From Haliotis rubra (taxonomy: Eukaryota), in NCBI RefSeq assembly GCF_003918875.1, contig NW_025767113.1, forward strand, positions 1,736,001-1,800,000: a stretch of 64,000 nt of DNA. Reading direction: 5' to 3'. Positions within the stretch are counted from its first letter, which is position 1. Each line of letters begins with the position of its first letter. The notes beneath the pieces were generated by a model that saw nothing but the letters and a program-made list of their open reading frames with translations, did not search any database and was not told where the DNA came from. Positions 41,326 through 54,670 of the stretch are shown here, piece after piece. A program made the position numbers and the translations under genes.

Positions 41326-42062
41326 TGTGAGAGTTCTTTATTTCTGAACTGTAGGCCAGAGGCCCATAGTACAAGTAAAAAACAGTTACAATGGGTGTGT
41401 GGTACAAGCTCGTTTGCGTTTTAACAGTGCATGGTGTATAAACGTAGCAATATTCTGAAGTAGCTGTACATTTTCTGTTGACATTAGTATGCTGAATTTG
41501 TAAAATGTGGGACAGGACGTGTACTTAGATGGTATATAATACTTTCTTAGGTCTTCATACGGTGGACAGATGATAAGGACATGGTATTCATCTTCAGTAA
41601 TATCCCTGTCACACATTTTGCAGGATTGGCTCTCAGTAACATGACATATTCTTTCAAAATACATTAAATCATAGTAGCCACATCGAAACTGCGATAACGA
41701 TACTCTTAATTTCCTTATGCTTACGTCTGTTAAATACTTTTCACACATAAAATTTTGTTTAAACAATGAATACGAATAAGAACATTTTCCAGTTTGAATA
41801 TTTCTGGTCCACTCTTGCTGGAAGCAATCCTTACATCGTTGTTGAACAATGGATAAAAAAGCTGTAGCATCCCCAACTCCCTGTCCGACCCATGCATATC
41901 CAAGACCAAATTGGAACAATGTCTTTTTGATGAACATAGCCCAGTTGTGCTTATTTCTAGCCTCGCTAGCATTTTCAACCAGATACAGTAGCATCTTATA
42001 GGCTTTTAAGGGGTAGCGGTGAGGACGCATTGAGATGACTTTCAACCAATATAAGATAGAAC
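41326..42062 (-). mobile_element. 5'-truncated L2/CR1-group LINE (ORF2 C-terminus with CCHC-type motif)
   Basis: Open frame YWLKVI..RYPLKAYKML..LSQFRCG..CKMCD..EDEYHVLIICP. The 3' UTR reads GGGCCTCTGGCCT..AATAAAG. Perfect 12-bp TSD GTGACAAATATC (41314-41325, 42063-42074). Confidence 0.92.
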
Positions 42063-42289
42063 GTGACAAATATCATATTTACACCTGTTCAAGAGTCAGC
42101 TCTTACTTCAAGTACATTCAACAATCCTCCATTATGTCGCGGCATGTCCAAGCAGCTCCAGCCCTTGGTGTCAACATTTCACAACTTATGAAGTCCAGTC
42201 GATCGATGTTGTACTTTCTCCAAATAATTCAAAATGCATCTTACGATTCTTGCCCCAGTGTTGTTTGTTCAGGTTTGAACATTTGAAAC

Positions 42290-44851
42290 CGTAATATGCC
42301 TTCCAAATGTTCATGGTAGGTACGGAAGACATGTTCACCTTTCACACACCAGTAATATATTATATAATATGCCTTCCAAATGTTCATGGTAGGTACGGAA
42401 GACATGTTCATCTTTCATGTACCAGTAATATATTATATAATATGCCTTCCAAATGTCCATGGTAGGTACGGAAGACATGTTCATCTTTCACGTACCAGTA
42501 ATATATTATATAATATGCCTTCCAAATGTTTATGGTAGGTACGGAAGACATGTTCATCTTTCACGTACCAGTAATATATTATATAATATGCCTTCCAAAT
42601 GTTCATGGTAGGTACGGAAGACATGTTCATCTTTCACACACCAAATGTAATATATATATATAATATGCCTTCCAAATGTTCATGGTAGGTACGGAAGACA
42701 TGTTCATCTTTCACACACCAGTAATATATTATATAATATGCCTTCCAAATGTTCATGGTAGGTACGGAAGACATGTTCATCTTTCACACACCAGTAATAT
42801 ATTATATAATATGCCTTCCAAATGTTCATGGTAGGTACGGAAGACATGTTCATCTTTCACACACCAGTAATATATTATATAAAATGCCTTCCAAATGTTC
42901 ATAGTAGGTACGGAAGACATGCTCATCTTTCACGTACCAGTAATATATTATATAATATGCCTTCCAAATGTTCATGGTAGGTACGGAAGACATGTTCATC
43001 TTTCACACACCAGTAATATATTATATAATATGCCTTCCAAATGTTCATGGTAGGTACGGAAGACATGTTCATCTTTCACACACCAGTAATATATTATATA
43101 ATATGCCTTCCAAATGTTCATGGTAGGTACGGAAGACATGTTCATCTTTCACGTACCAGTAATATATTATATAATATGCCTTCCAAATGTTCATGGTAGG
43201 TACGGAAGACATGTTCATCTTTCACACACCAGTAATATATTATATAATATGCCTTCCAAATGTTCATGGTAGGTACGGAAGACATGTTCATCTTTCACAC
43301 ACCTGTAATATATTATATAATATGCCTTCCAAATGTTCATGGTAGGTACGGAAGACATGTTCATCTTTCACACACCAGTAATATATTATATAATATGCCT
43401 TCCAAATGTTCATGGTAGGTACGGAAGACATGTTCATCTTTCACACACCAGTAATATATTATATAATATGCCTTCCAAATGTTCATGGTAGGTACGGAAG
43501 ACATGTTCATCTTTCACACACCAGTAATATATTATATAATATGCCTTCCAAATGTTCATGGTAGGTACGGAAGACATGTTCATCTTTCACACACCAGTAA
43601 TATATTATATAATATGCCTTCCAAATGTTCATGGTAGGTACGGAAGACATGTTCATCTTTCACACACCAGTAATATATTATATAATATGCCTTCCAAATG
43701 TTCATGGTAGGTACGGAAGACATGTTCATCTTTCACACACCAGTAATATATTATATAATATGCCTTCCAAATGTTCATGGTAGGTACGGAAGACATGTTC
43801 ATCTTTCACACACCAGTAATATATTATATAATATGCCTTCCAAATGTTCATGGTAGGTACGGAAGACATGTTCATCTTTCACACACCAGTAATATATTAT
43901 ATAATATGCCTTCCAAATGTTCATGGTAGGTACGGAAGACATGTTCATCTTTCACACACCAGTAATATATTATATAATATGCCTTCCAAATGTTCATGGT
44001 AGGAACGGAAGACATGTTCATCTTTCACACACCAGTAATATATTATATAATATGCCTTCCAAATGTTCATGGTAGGAACGGAAGACATGTTCATCTTTCA
44101 CACACCAGTAATATATTATATAATATGCCTTCCAAATGTTCATGGTAGGTACGGAAGACATGTTCATCTTTCACGTACCAGTAATATATTATATAATATG
44201 CCTTCCAAATGTTTATGGTAGGTACGGAAGACATGTTCATCTTTCACACACCAGTAATATATTATATAATATGCCTTCCAAATGTTCATGGTAGGTACGG
44301 AAGACATGTTCATCTTTCACACACCAGTAATATATTATATAATATGCCTTCCAAATGTTCATGGTAGGTACGGAAGACATGTTCATCTTTCACACACCAG
44401 TAATATATTATATAATATGCCTTCCAAATGTTCATGGTAGGTACGGAAGACATGTTCATCTTTCACACACCAGTAATATATTATATAATATGCCTTCCAA
44501 ATGTTCATGGTAGGTACGGAAGACATGTTCATCTTTCACACACCAGTAATATATTATATAATATGCCTTCCAAATGTTCATGGTAGGTACGGAAGACATG
44601 TTCATCTTTCACACACCAGTAATATATTATATAATATGCCATCCAAATGTTCATGGTAGGATGTTCATGGTAGGTCGGAAGACATGTTCATCTTTCACAC
44701 ACCAGTAATATATTATACAATATGCCTTCCAAATGTTCATGGTAGGAACGGAAGACATGTTCATCTTTCACACACCAGTAATATATTACATAATATGCCT
44801 TCCAAATGTTCATGGTAGGTACGGAAGACATGTTCATCTTTCACGTACCAG
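42290..44851. repeat. 73-bp tandem satellite, ~35 copies
   Basis: GTAATATATTATATAATATGCCTTCCAAATGTTCATGGTAGGTACGGAAGACATGTTCATCTTTCACACACCA, period 73 (42721 to 42794). Confidence 0.98.
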
Positions 44852-46020
44852 TGTTGGAAATGACAACTAAAGCAATTCCCTGCTTTGACATGTACCAAAT
44901 GTTTCCGATATCTTTGTCAAGAATAATGGCCATGCCTGTGTAACGGCCTTACCAGTGCTTCACACATGCTCACGGTATAGTAGGAACCGTCAAGACACGT
45001 ATCCCCGGTTGGTTAGAGGTTTTTGGGATATTGTCTCTTCAAACACAGTCCATCAGTGGGTCCACAACACTTTATTCGGCATCTAAATATGCAATTAGAT
45101 GATAGTGCAGCAACGGCCAGACAGCATCACAGAGGCGATCGTCAGCCCACCTGCCTAGCCGCTGTCCGAGGGTCAAGTCTCGTCACATTAGAATTCATTG
45201 TCTATATACTACTGACTGTCAGGCTGCCCTGTATCGTATTACGATACATGTATGGTCAACCTGCAGTATCCAGCATGCACCTCATCCACAATGTTAAGCT
45301 TCCGTGGCCAACCGGCCATACTCTAAAGTTAATTAGGGTTGATTACACGCAGGCAGCTGATCTGTACATGGCTGTGCTGGTGGTCATGAAAATAAGCTGC
45401 TGATATTTCATGTATATTGTCAGCACTGTCATTTAGATTTAGATAACACAACTTTAACTTAACTCAGAGAATATACTTACATGTCTATATTTCCCGATAA
45501 AACCCATACCCCGCCAAAGCGCCTACGATACACGTTTAGAAGAGAGCTGTAATGAATATTGAAAGATATTTTGCTGCTATATTGTACTCTCTGCTCATAC
45601 CATTGAATTCCTTCAGCGATTTGCAATGTTGGACTTTATGTAATCAAGTAGAGTGGTGGTAATTAAGATAAATGTGAATAGAATAATGGCACATGTCAAT
45701 TTTCTATGCCTCTATATCTCTATTTACTACAAAACCTTGCTGCATATGGCAAATGTCACAGGACCCGTAGGCGTGCAGAGGATACATGACAGATGTGCCA
45801 ATATGAAGTTATAAACAGTAGCAAGACTACAGCAGATATGTGGCGAGTTGCGATCATGTTTGTTATTTGAATGTGTTCTTTCCATTTATGTCTGAGTGTT
45901 CTATTTCCAGATGGGTGTACATTGGATCGAACTTTACGCTGGGCATGTTTATATGCTTTGACAAGAAATATTCAACTGCAAAGTGTTTTTCAAGTAACAT
46001 GACCATGATAAGTTTCCCCT

Positions 46021-46272
46021 GTTGGTTGGTTGGGTTGTTGTTTAACGCCGCACCCAGCAATATTCCTGTTATATGGCGGCGGTCTGTAAACAATCGAGTG
46101 TGGACCAGACATTCCAGTGATCAACATCATGTACATCGATCTACACAATTGGGATACGATGACATGTGTCAACAAAGTCAACGAGCCTGACCACACGATC
46201 CCTTTTACGACAGGCCTTTGACGACAAGCATGGGTTGCTGAAGATCAATTCTAACCCGGATCTTCACGGGTT
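46021..46272 (-). mobile_element. SINE-like retroposon, family C, with (CCAA)n tail
   Basis: Minus strand reads CCCGTGAAGATCCGGGTTAGAATTGATCTTCAGCAACCCATGCTTGTCGTC...GAATATTGCTGGGTGCGGCGTTAAAC. It shares the 3' motif AATATTGCT..(G)TG(C)GGCGT(A/T)AA with family B. Confidence 0.85.
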
Positions 46273-47326
46273 GCATTATGAGGCGCCTATTGGGGATTTT
46301 CAGTGAAACATGTAAAATCGAGACTTGCTTTGACGTTGACCCTTCCGCTTCTGTGTACATGGCGTGCTCGATACACCACGTTAATTGTTACTCAGTAACA
46401 GTTGAGATAATGTTCAAAATGTTTCGCTATCAAAAAAACTTGACACCATGAAACTGAAACTGAAACTTGAAGTATATTTACAAGAAGTGACATTCTAGTT
46501 TATGCTCAGTATACTCCGACCCAGGCAACGAGCTATATAGGAAGGGACAACATGTTTTGACGACACAGGATTCACTGATAGATATCGAGATTTTGATCGG
46601 GTCAGCATACGATGGTGCGTCTGAAGTGTAAGACATCCTTTAGTGCACTCGAGATTGATTTACAGAATTTGATCTTGTCTGCATTTGTTGATGTATGTTG
46701 GATGGGAGCACACTTATGTGTTGACACAAGATTCAGTGTCAGAATCTGATCTTGTCAACAGACAATGGTGTTAACTCTTCATTAACTCTTTCATTTGTTT
46801 TAATCATTGCTCGTTTGCAGGCATCACGTCCATGTGTCGGACATGTGTCATGTTATGCATAAGAATATTATAACATATTCTTAGCACATTTGTCATATTT
46901 AACGCATGGCTGTCCTGGAAATGTGGCAAGGGTTTTGTCGCCTTATATAGATATATACAGATCTGATCAAGGATGGAAGGCCCGAACCGTTGACATTTAA
47001 ATTATATTGTCTGTCATATAACTTCAGCCTATGCTCTTTTCTCCGTGCCCTTTAGTGTGCACAGTGAAGTTTAGACAAATGACAATCATGTGAATTCAGC
47101 TATTGTATTACGCTGTCACATTACATTAAATATACTCTCCCAAAAAAGAAACGCATATAGGAATTTCAACTGTATTTTTATGTTTATTTTGAAACATCTT
47201 CTAGGCTTTATGAGTCAATGAAATATAGCGAAATTGCACACTGGGAATGCAGACTTATCCGTCTTTGGCACCAACTCGAGGAAAGTCAGTTTGAGTGTCA
47301 CATAGAGACGTGAGGTGGCGCTGAAG

Positions 47327-48648
47327 TCAATACCTCGTGTGACCACCGTGGACATCCAGAACTGCACGGCATCGCCTCGGCATCGAACGAATAAGTCTCA
47401 GAATCTCGTGTTGCCCAATCGCAGCCCACTCTTCCTGTAGTGCCTGTGCGAGTTGCTGAAGTGTCTGGGGCTGAGGGTTACGGCGTCGCACCAATCTGTC
47501 CAGGGCATCCCACAGATGTTCGATCGGGTTTAAGTCCGGTGATCTTGAGGTCCAGGGAGCACATTGCTGTTGTGGTTATGGAGGAAGTCTCTAGTGTGAC
47601 GTGCTGTGTGGGGCCTGGCATTGTCCTGTTGAAACAACTCCCTCCGGCGATCAATGATTGAAAGGAGGTGTGGGCGTAGGATTTCGTCACAGAACTGTTG
47701 AGCTGTCAGGTTCCCCTGGATCATCACCAAATCACTTCTCCTACGGCAGGTGATCGCCCCCCACATCATAACACTGTCCCGGCCGAATCTGTCCACTTGG
47801 GGAACGCAAGCGTCGGCGAAACGTTCACGTCGACGTCTGTACACCCGCATTCTTCCATCGCGTCGTTCCAATAGAAATCGTGATTCATCACTGAACCAGA
47901 TTCTACGCCAATTCGGTAGGTGTGGTGAGGTAAAATTGGGTTTAACGTCGTACTTGAGAATATTTCGCTCATATAACGACGTGCATGCGTGTGTACGTGT
48001 ATGTGCGGCTGCTTGTACTAGCCCAGACTTAAGCTGGTTTTATAGTGCTAGCCCACTGAGATACCATACCGCAGTGAAGCATGAATACCCCATTTAGACA
48101 CATTATACTGACTCCGAGCCGACCAGTCCTTGTTGTACCCATTAATGTCGAGAGCCAGGCGGGGACCAGCAAGTACCATATTTTAACGTCTTTTGGTATG
48201 ACGCGGCCGGGGATCGAACCCGCGACCTTCTGCTCTCCGGGCGGACGCTCTAACCACTACACCACGGAGGCGGTCCAATTCGGTAGGTTCCAGGCCTGAA
48301 CGTTGGTGCACCATTGAACTCGATGTCGACGATGTTGTTGTCGAAGCACATGGCCAAAATAAGGTCTTCTGGCACGTAAACCAGCCTCTCTCAACCTGCT
48401 CCTGACGGTCTGTGCAGAAAGCCTCCTCAGCGATGTACCCGGATGTAGCGATCCTGCGCCGTAGTGGTCGCTCGAGGTTGCCCACTACAATGGGCATCTG
48501 CTACCGCATTCTGCCGGCGATATCTCTCCCAGAGCAGTGAAATGGTGCTTTGGTGAACATTCATGCGTCGGGCAACTGCACGTTGAGATTGGCCAGCTTC
48601 AAGCAAACCAATGGCGATATGACGGTTGGCTTCACTTAGACGTGGCAT
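47327..48648 (-). pseudogene. Tc1 transposase pseudogene
   Basis: MPRLSEANRHIAIGLL HTH region, IWFSDESRF, FQQDNARPH, SPDLNPIEHLW and GGHTRY* are present, with frameshifts and a SINE insertion. Confidence 0.93.
47922..48274 (-). mobile_element. tRNA-derived SINE, family A, inserted in the Tc1 transposase
   Basis: Homologous to the 38200 copy. Perfect 14-bp flanking repeat CCAATTCGGTAGGT (47908-47921, 48275-48288). Confidence 0.96.
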
Positions 48649-49129
48649 TTTGCGTTCGTCAACAATATTCCAAATACAGTGAATAATCGACAGACAGCGA
48701 TCAACCTTTTATACCCATCATTGAGACTATCTGATCCCCAACTTTCACGTGCATTCCATGTGAATTGTGTATTCTGTGACACTTCACGCCGAAATTGAAA
48801 ATCATGCTGTTAAATACGGGTATTTTACGGATGGTGCATTTTGTTGTGATGTTTCAAAATATAAACACCATAGGACTCATAAACAGAGCAAAACCTTTTG
48901 TAAAATGAATCACGTTTTAATTCATCGCTACATGAAATTGCTATTTTCATGATGCGTTTCTCTTTTGGGAGAGTATACATACAAGTTAAAATACGATTTA
49001 CAGCTTCATTTGAAATTAGGGAGAAAATGTACAATGTTAAGCTACTTAAAAAGAAACATATTAGTCTAAGTTTAATGGAAAACATGAGAAGTATACATCA
49101 GTCGTGACATTTCGTAATTTATTTACAGG

Positions 49130-50375
49130 TATGATGATTGTTATGACAACGATGAAGACTGATGATGATTGTTATGACAGCGATGAAGATTGATGATGAT
49201 TGTTATGACAACGATGAAGATTGCTGATGATTATGACAATGATGAAGATTGATGATGATTATGACAATGATGAAGATTGATGATTGTTATGACAACGATA
49301 AAGATTGATGATGACTATGACAATGATGAAGATTAATGATGATTATGACAACGATGAAGATTGATGATGATTATGACAATGATGAAGATTGATGATGATG
49401 ACAATGATGAAGATTGATGATGATTATGACAATGATGAAGATTGATGATGATTATGACAATGATGAAGATTGATGATGATTATGACAATGATGAAGATTG
49501 TTGATGATTATGACAATGATGAAGATTGATGATGATTGTTATGACAACGATGAAGATTGATGATGATTATGACAATGATGAAGATTGATGATGATTATGA
49601 CAATGATGAAGATTGATGATGATTGTTATGACAATGATGAAGATTGATGATGACTATGACAATGATGAAGATTGATGATGATTATGACAATGATGAAGAT
49701 TGATGATGATTATGGCAATGATGGAAAATGATGATGATTATGACAACGATGAAGATTGATGATGATTATGACAACGATGAAGATTGATGATGATGACAAT
49801 GATGAAGATTGATGATGATTATGACAACAATGAAGATTGATGATGATTATGACAACAATGAAGACTGATGATGATTATGACAATGATGAAGATTGATGAT
49901 GATTATGACAACAATGAAGACTGATGATGATTATGACAACAATGAAGATTGATGATGATTATGACAATGATGAAGATTGATGATGATTATGACAATGATG
50001 AAGATTGATGATGATTGTTATGACAACAATGAAGATTGATGATGACTATGACAATGATGAAGATTAATGATGATTATGACAATGATGAAGATTGATGATA
50101 ATTATGACAACAATGAAGATTGATGATGACTATGACAATGATGAAGACTGATGATGATTATGACAATGATGAAGATTGATGATAATTATGACAACAATGA
50201 AGATTGATGATGACTATGACAATGATGAAGATTGATGATGATTATGACAATGATGAAGATTGATGATAATTATGACAATGATGAAGACTGATGATGATTA
50301 TGACAACAGTGAAGATTGATGATGATTATGACAATGATGAAGATTGATGATGATTATGACAATGATGAAGATTAA
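49130..50375. repeat. GAT-derived 28-bp minisatellite (ATTGATGATGATTATGACAATGATGAAG), ~44 copies
   Basis: Period 28, with 25-bp and 31-bp variants. Confidence 0.96.
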
Positions 50376-50389
50376 AGCGACAAAACCAT

Positions 50390-50850
50390 GACCAGAGCCA
50401 TACAAAATTTCAGAGATGCAGATACGGAAATAGTACATCAAACATAGCCTTTGTGACTTTTAAGCGAAGTCATATAACGCTCTTTGAAATCTTTGTTCAA
50501 AGAGCATGCTCAGACGTTTCTCAAAAGTTGTTAAATGTAGACGCCAATAGCCGGTGGTTCCAGACAATAGCTCGACATAAAGGGAGGGCTGACTATCTTT
50601 ATTCGTAGATCTAAACATGAAACAAATGAGGATATGGCACTGGTATCTCACATTTCTAGTTCAGGTGGGTACATAGGTAGACGGGAACTGGAGAGTTTAC
50701 CAGCTTTAACTTGATCGTATCATTGATATTTACTTGAATCAACGTTAGATTGTCTAGCCCAAAACTATTTTGATTTAGACGATCCGATCAGAAATTCGAA
50801 TTCCTGTGCGTAAAGAAGCAGATTTCCTCAACATCAGTAATCTGTAGAAA
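50390..50850 (-). mobile_element. Decayed Penelope-like RT fragment
   Basis: Minus frames give YPPELEM*DTS..SFVSCLDLRI and LSMLFEQRFQRALY, colinear with 56600-56950. Confidence 0.65.
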
Positions 50851-50985
50851 CTCACTCCACAATTCCGAAAAGATTCGCAAGAAAAAACAACCCAATCATG
50901 TACCCCCTGTACATACCTGTTTGAGACGTAGGTGGCGCTGAAGGCAACAATGTCATGGAGGGTTTGTCAGCTCACTTGAGCCTAG

Positions 50986-51071
50986 TGTGAGTGAGTGAGT
51001 GAGTATGCTTTTACGCCACTTTTATCAATATTCCAGCAATATCACGGCGGGGAAAACAGATGGGCTTCACT
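50986..51071 (-). mobile_element. 5'-truncated SINE family B copy
   Basis: (GTGA)n-tatgcttttacgccactttt..cagcaatatcacgg..atgggcttcac matches 33212-33295. Confidence 0.85.
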
Positions 51072-52684
51072 GCCTGGACCCCAGTGTTTGATCAAAGTAC
51101 ATCACTGCACATTTCCATACAGTCTAATAAGTTTCTAAACTATCACACATTTTGTCCATACGTCGGCCCATACATTGTTACATCAGGATTCATCCATATT
51201 TAGGATTAACCGACCAGATTATATCCCCATCATTACATTACGTAGACACGGACTCGGGACTCTACCTTGTGGTATGAGAGCCTATATCCTGTACACACAT
51301 CTATCTGATGAGGGTCCTACTGACCACTGTCCAGTCTCAAACTACGACACTGCACTTGAGTGTTCTGTAGAACGTGCTCAGCGGTACGGATGTATGACAT
51401 CTGGCATTCGCCATTATCTATGGATTCCTTTATCATAATCTGTATTCCACTCTCTGTTTAACTAATATGTGACAAATGTGATAATTGAGGAGTGAACTTT
51501 GTTACCCTTAGAGACATCGTTATGAAGGCTTATTGCTAATCACTGGTGGTCCGCAAAGAGTTACCTGCCCTGGTGGTTGAAAGAATCAGGCAAATAGGAC
51601 ACACGGCAATAGCTAGGAGGTAGATGCCAAATAAGTACCAGTTTATCGACTGAAATTGCAATCTGGAGGTGTCTGCATTCCGTATTTTCAGGACAAGAAT
51701 GATGCGTAATGACAATCTTGTAATTACAGAATGATAGAGATACCACAGCGAAACATTTGTCTGAACGTTGTCGATCATGGCTAAACAACACTTCCGAGGG
51801 TAAACGATGTCAGATTCAATAAATATATCATTGAAAACCATACTGCTGTCACAGAAAACATACATAACGATTGGGTACATAGCTACATGTAGCACGGTAA
51901 CATGGTGATGTTTCGTGTTACCTTAACACATGCATGCATTCAAATATGTAACCTCAACAATATCTGAAAGAGAGAAGCAAAGATTACAGTATACATGCAA
52001 GGGAAAACATGCCTTATGTTTGGGATTACACTTACGTAATAATGTACGTATTCTTGCTAGTACTTTTGGGGATAGAATTCCATCCCAGATTCGCAATCTA
52101 GATCATACACTTTGTGGTTTCGGTATTTACATTTATTCACCAATCGCTTAGATCAGATATGACTGTAACTGTATCGACTTACGAGTATGCATGGGCACAT
52201 CACATCTCAATACTATGTCATGTTGTGATGTCGAGGAGGAAATGGTGCAGATTCACCATGTATTTTGATACCGGTGGCCACGCAGATCCTCTGTATCCAA
52301 CATGGGCAATCTCATATATATAAATTGGATAATAGTGTAGACAGTGTGAAGAAATAAGGGTATTTCGTCCGAGTGTTTTATTCAACAGTATTAGATTGCC
52401 TTTGTGAAAAACTACGCATTTGACAAGGACACTCATTATTGCACTTCAACGGCACCTCTCTGATCCACAGAAATTTATATTTAACTGTCTTCAAATAACA
52501 TGTATAGAATATGACCTCTTTGATGTCCAAAAACTCATCTGTCTACGAATGATATCAAGTTGTGAAATAAAGAGATTGTCAGAGTGGTTGGTGGCTGCAA
52601 TCCCGCTTCAGCCGGCAGGTTCTGTGTACTAAGACTTTGGACTTCTAGAGGCAGTTTCTGTGTAGTAAGACTTTGCGCAGTCCA

Positions 52685-54670
52685 GCGTCTACACAGCTGG
52701 GCCGTCTAGTATACACAGCTGAGCCGTCAAGTATACACAGCTGGGCCGTCTAGTCTACACAGCTGGGCCGTCTAGTATACACAGCAGGGCCGACTAGTCT
52801 ACACAGCTGGGCCGTCTAGTATACACAGCAGGGCCGACTAGTCTACACAGCTGGGCCGTCTAGTATACACAGCAGGGCCGACTAGTATATACAGCTGGGC
52901 CGTCTAGTATACACAGCTGGGTCGTCTTGTATACACAGCTGTGCCGTCAAATCTACACAGCTGGACCGTCTATTCTACACAGCTGAGCTGTCAAGTATAC
53001 ACAGCTAGGCCGTCTAGTATACACAGCTGGGCCGTCAAGTATACACAGCTGGGCCGTCTAGTCTACACAGCTGGGCCGTCTAGTATACACAGCAGGGCCG
53101 ACTAGTCTACACAGCTGGGCCGTCTAGTATACACAGCAGGGCCGACTAGTCTACACAGCTGGGCCGTCTAGTATACACAGCAGGGCCGACTAGTATATAC
53201 AGCTGGGCCGTCTGGTATACACAGCTGGATCGTCTTGTATACACAGCTGTGCCGTCAAATCTACACAGCTGGACCGTCTATTCTACACAGCTGAGCCGTC
53301 AAGTATACACAGCTAGGCCGTCTATTATACACAGCTGGGCCGTTTAGTCTACACAGCTGAGCCGCCAAGTATACACAGCTGGGCCGTCAAGTATACACAG
53401 CTGGGCCGTCTAGTACAAATTGCTAGGCCGTCTAGAATACAAAGCTGGGTCATCAAGTCCACACAGCTGAGCCGTCAAGTCTACATGGCTGGGCCGTCTA
53501 GTCTACACAGCTGGGCCGTCAAGTCTACAATTTTGGGCCGTTTAGTCTGCACAGCTGGGCCGTCTAGTGTACACAGCAGGGCCGTCAAGTCTACACAGCT
53601 GGGCCGTCTAGTAAACACAGCAGGGCCGTCTAATCTACACAGCTGGGCCGTTTAGTCTACATAGCTGGGCCGTCTAGTTTACACAGCTGGGCCGTCTAGT
53701 CCACACAGGTACGCCGTCAAGTATACACAGCTGGGCCTTATAGTATACACAGCTGGACCGTCTAGACTACACAGCTGAGCCGTCGAGTATACACAGGTGG
53801 GCCTTATAGTATACACAGCTGGGCCGTCTAGTATACACAGCTGGGCCGTCAAGTCTACACAGCTGGGCCGTCAAGTATACACAGCTGGCCCGACAAGTCT
53901 ACACAGCTGAACCATCAAGTATACACAGCTAGGCCGTCAAATGAAGGCAGCTGGGCCGTCAAGTATACACAGCTGGGCCGTCAAGTCTACACAGCTGAAC
54001 AGTCAAGTCTACACAGCTGGGCCGTCTAGTATACACAGCTGTGCCGTCAAATCTATACAGCTGGGCAGTTTAGTATACACAGCTGGGCCGTTAAGTGTAC
54101 ACAGCTGGGCCGTCAAGTATACACAGCTGGGCCGTCAAGTCTACACAGCTAGGCCGTCAAATCAAGGCAGCTGGGCCGTCTAGTATACACAGCTGGGCCT
54201 TCTAGTACACACAGCTGGGCCGTCTAGTACACACACAGCTGGGCCGTCTAGTGTTCACAGCTGGGCCGTCTAGTGTTCACAGCTCAAGGCAGCTGGGCCG
54301 TCAAATCACAGCTAAGGCCGTCAAGGCACAAGCAGCAGCTGGGCCGTCTAGTATACACAGCTGGGCCGTCTAGTACACACAGCTAGTATACACAGCTGGG
54401 CCGTCAAATCAAGGCAGCTGGGCCGTCTAGTACACACAGCTAGGCCGTCAAATCAAGGCAGCTGGGCCGTCTAGTACACACAGCTGGGCCGTCAAATCAA
54501 GGCAGCTGGGCCGTCTAGTATACACAGCTGGGCCGTCAAATCAAGGCAGCTGGGCCGTCTAGTACACACAGCTAGGCCGTCAAATCAAGGCAGCTGGGCC
54601 GTCTAGTACACACAGCTGGGCCGTCTAGCACACACAGCTGGGCCGTCTAGTGTTCACAGCTGGACCGTCT
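52685..54670. repeat. 22-bp tandem minisatellite (CTGGGCCGTCTAGTATACACAG), ~90 copies, with two orphan units at 54900-54945
   Basis: Period 22, with a 308-bp higher-order duplication (52723 to 53031). Confidence 0.97.

Larger units (their letters stand above)
47133..48975 (-). mobile_element. Tc1 (DD34E-type) DNA transposon, near full length, disrupted by a SINE
   Basis: 24-bp TIRs TACTCTCCCAAAA(A/G)AGAAACGCAT, flanked by TA on both sides. Confidence 0.95.

Noticed and set aside
41386-42069. 227-aa ORF as a host gene
   Set aside because: It is the C-terminus of a LINE ORF2, bounded by a 12-bp TSD.
49130-50375. Possible Asp-rich shell-matrix protein exon
   Set aside because: The unit is 28 bp, not a multiple of 3, so each frame meets TGA stops within a few units.
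51300-51345. Hammerhead ribozyme at CTGATGAG-GGTC..GACC
   Set aside because: No GAAA follows stem II and no closing stems are evident.
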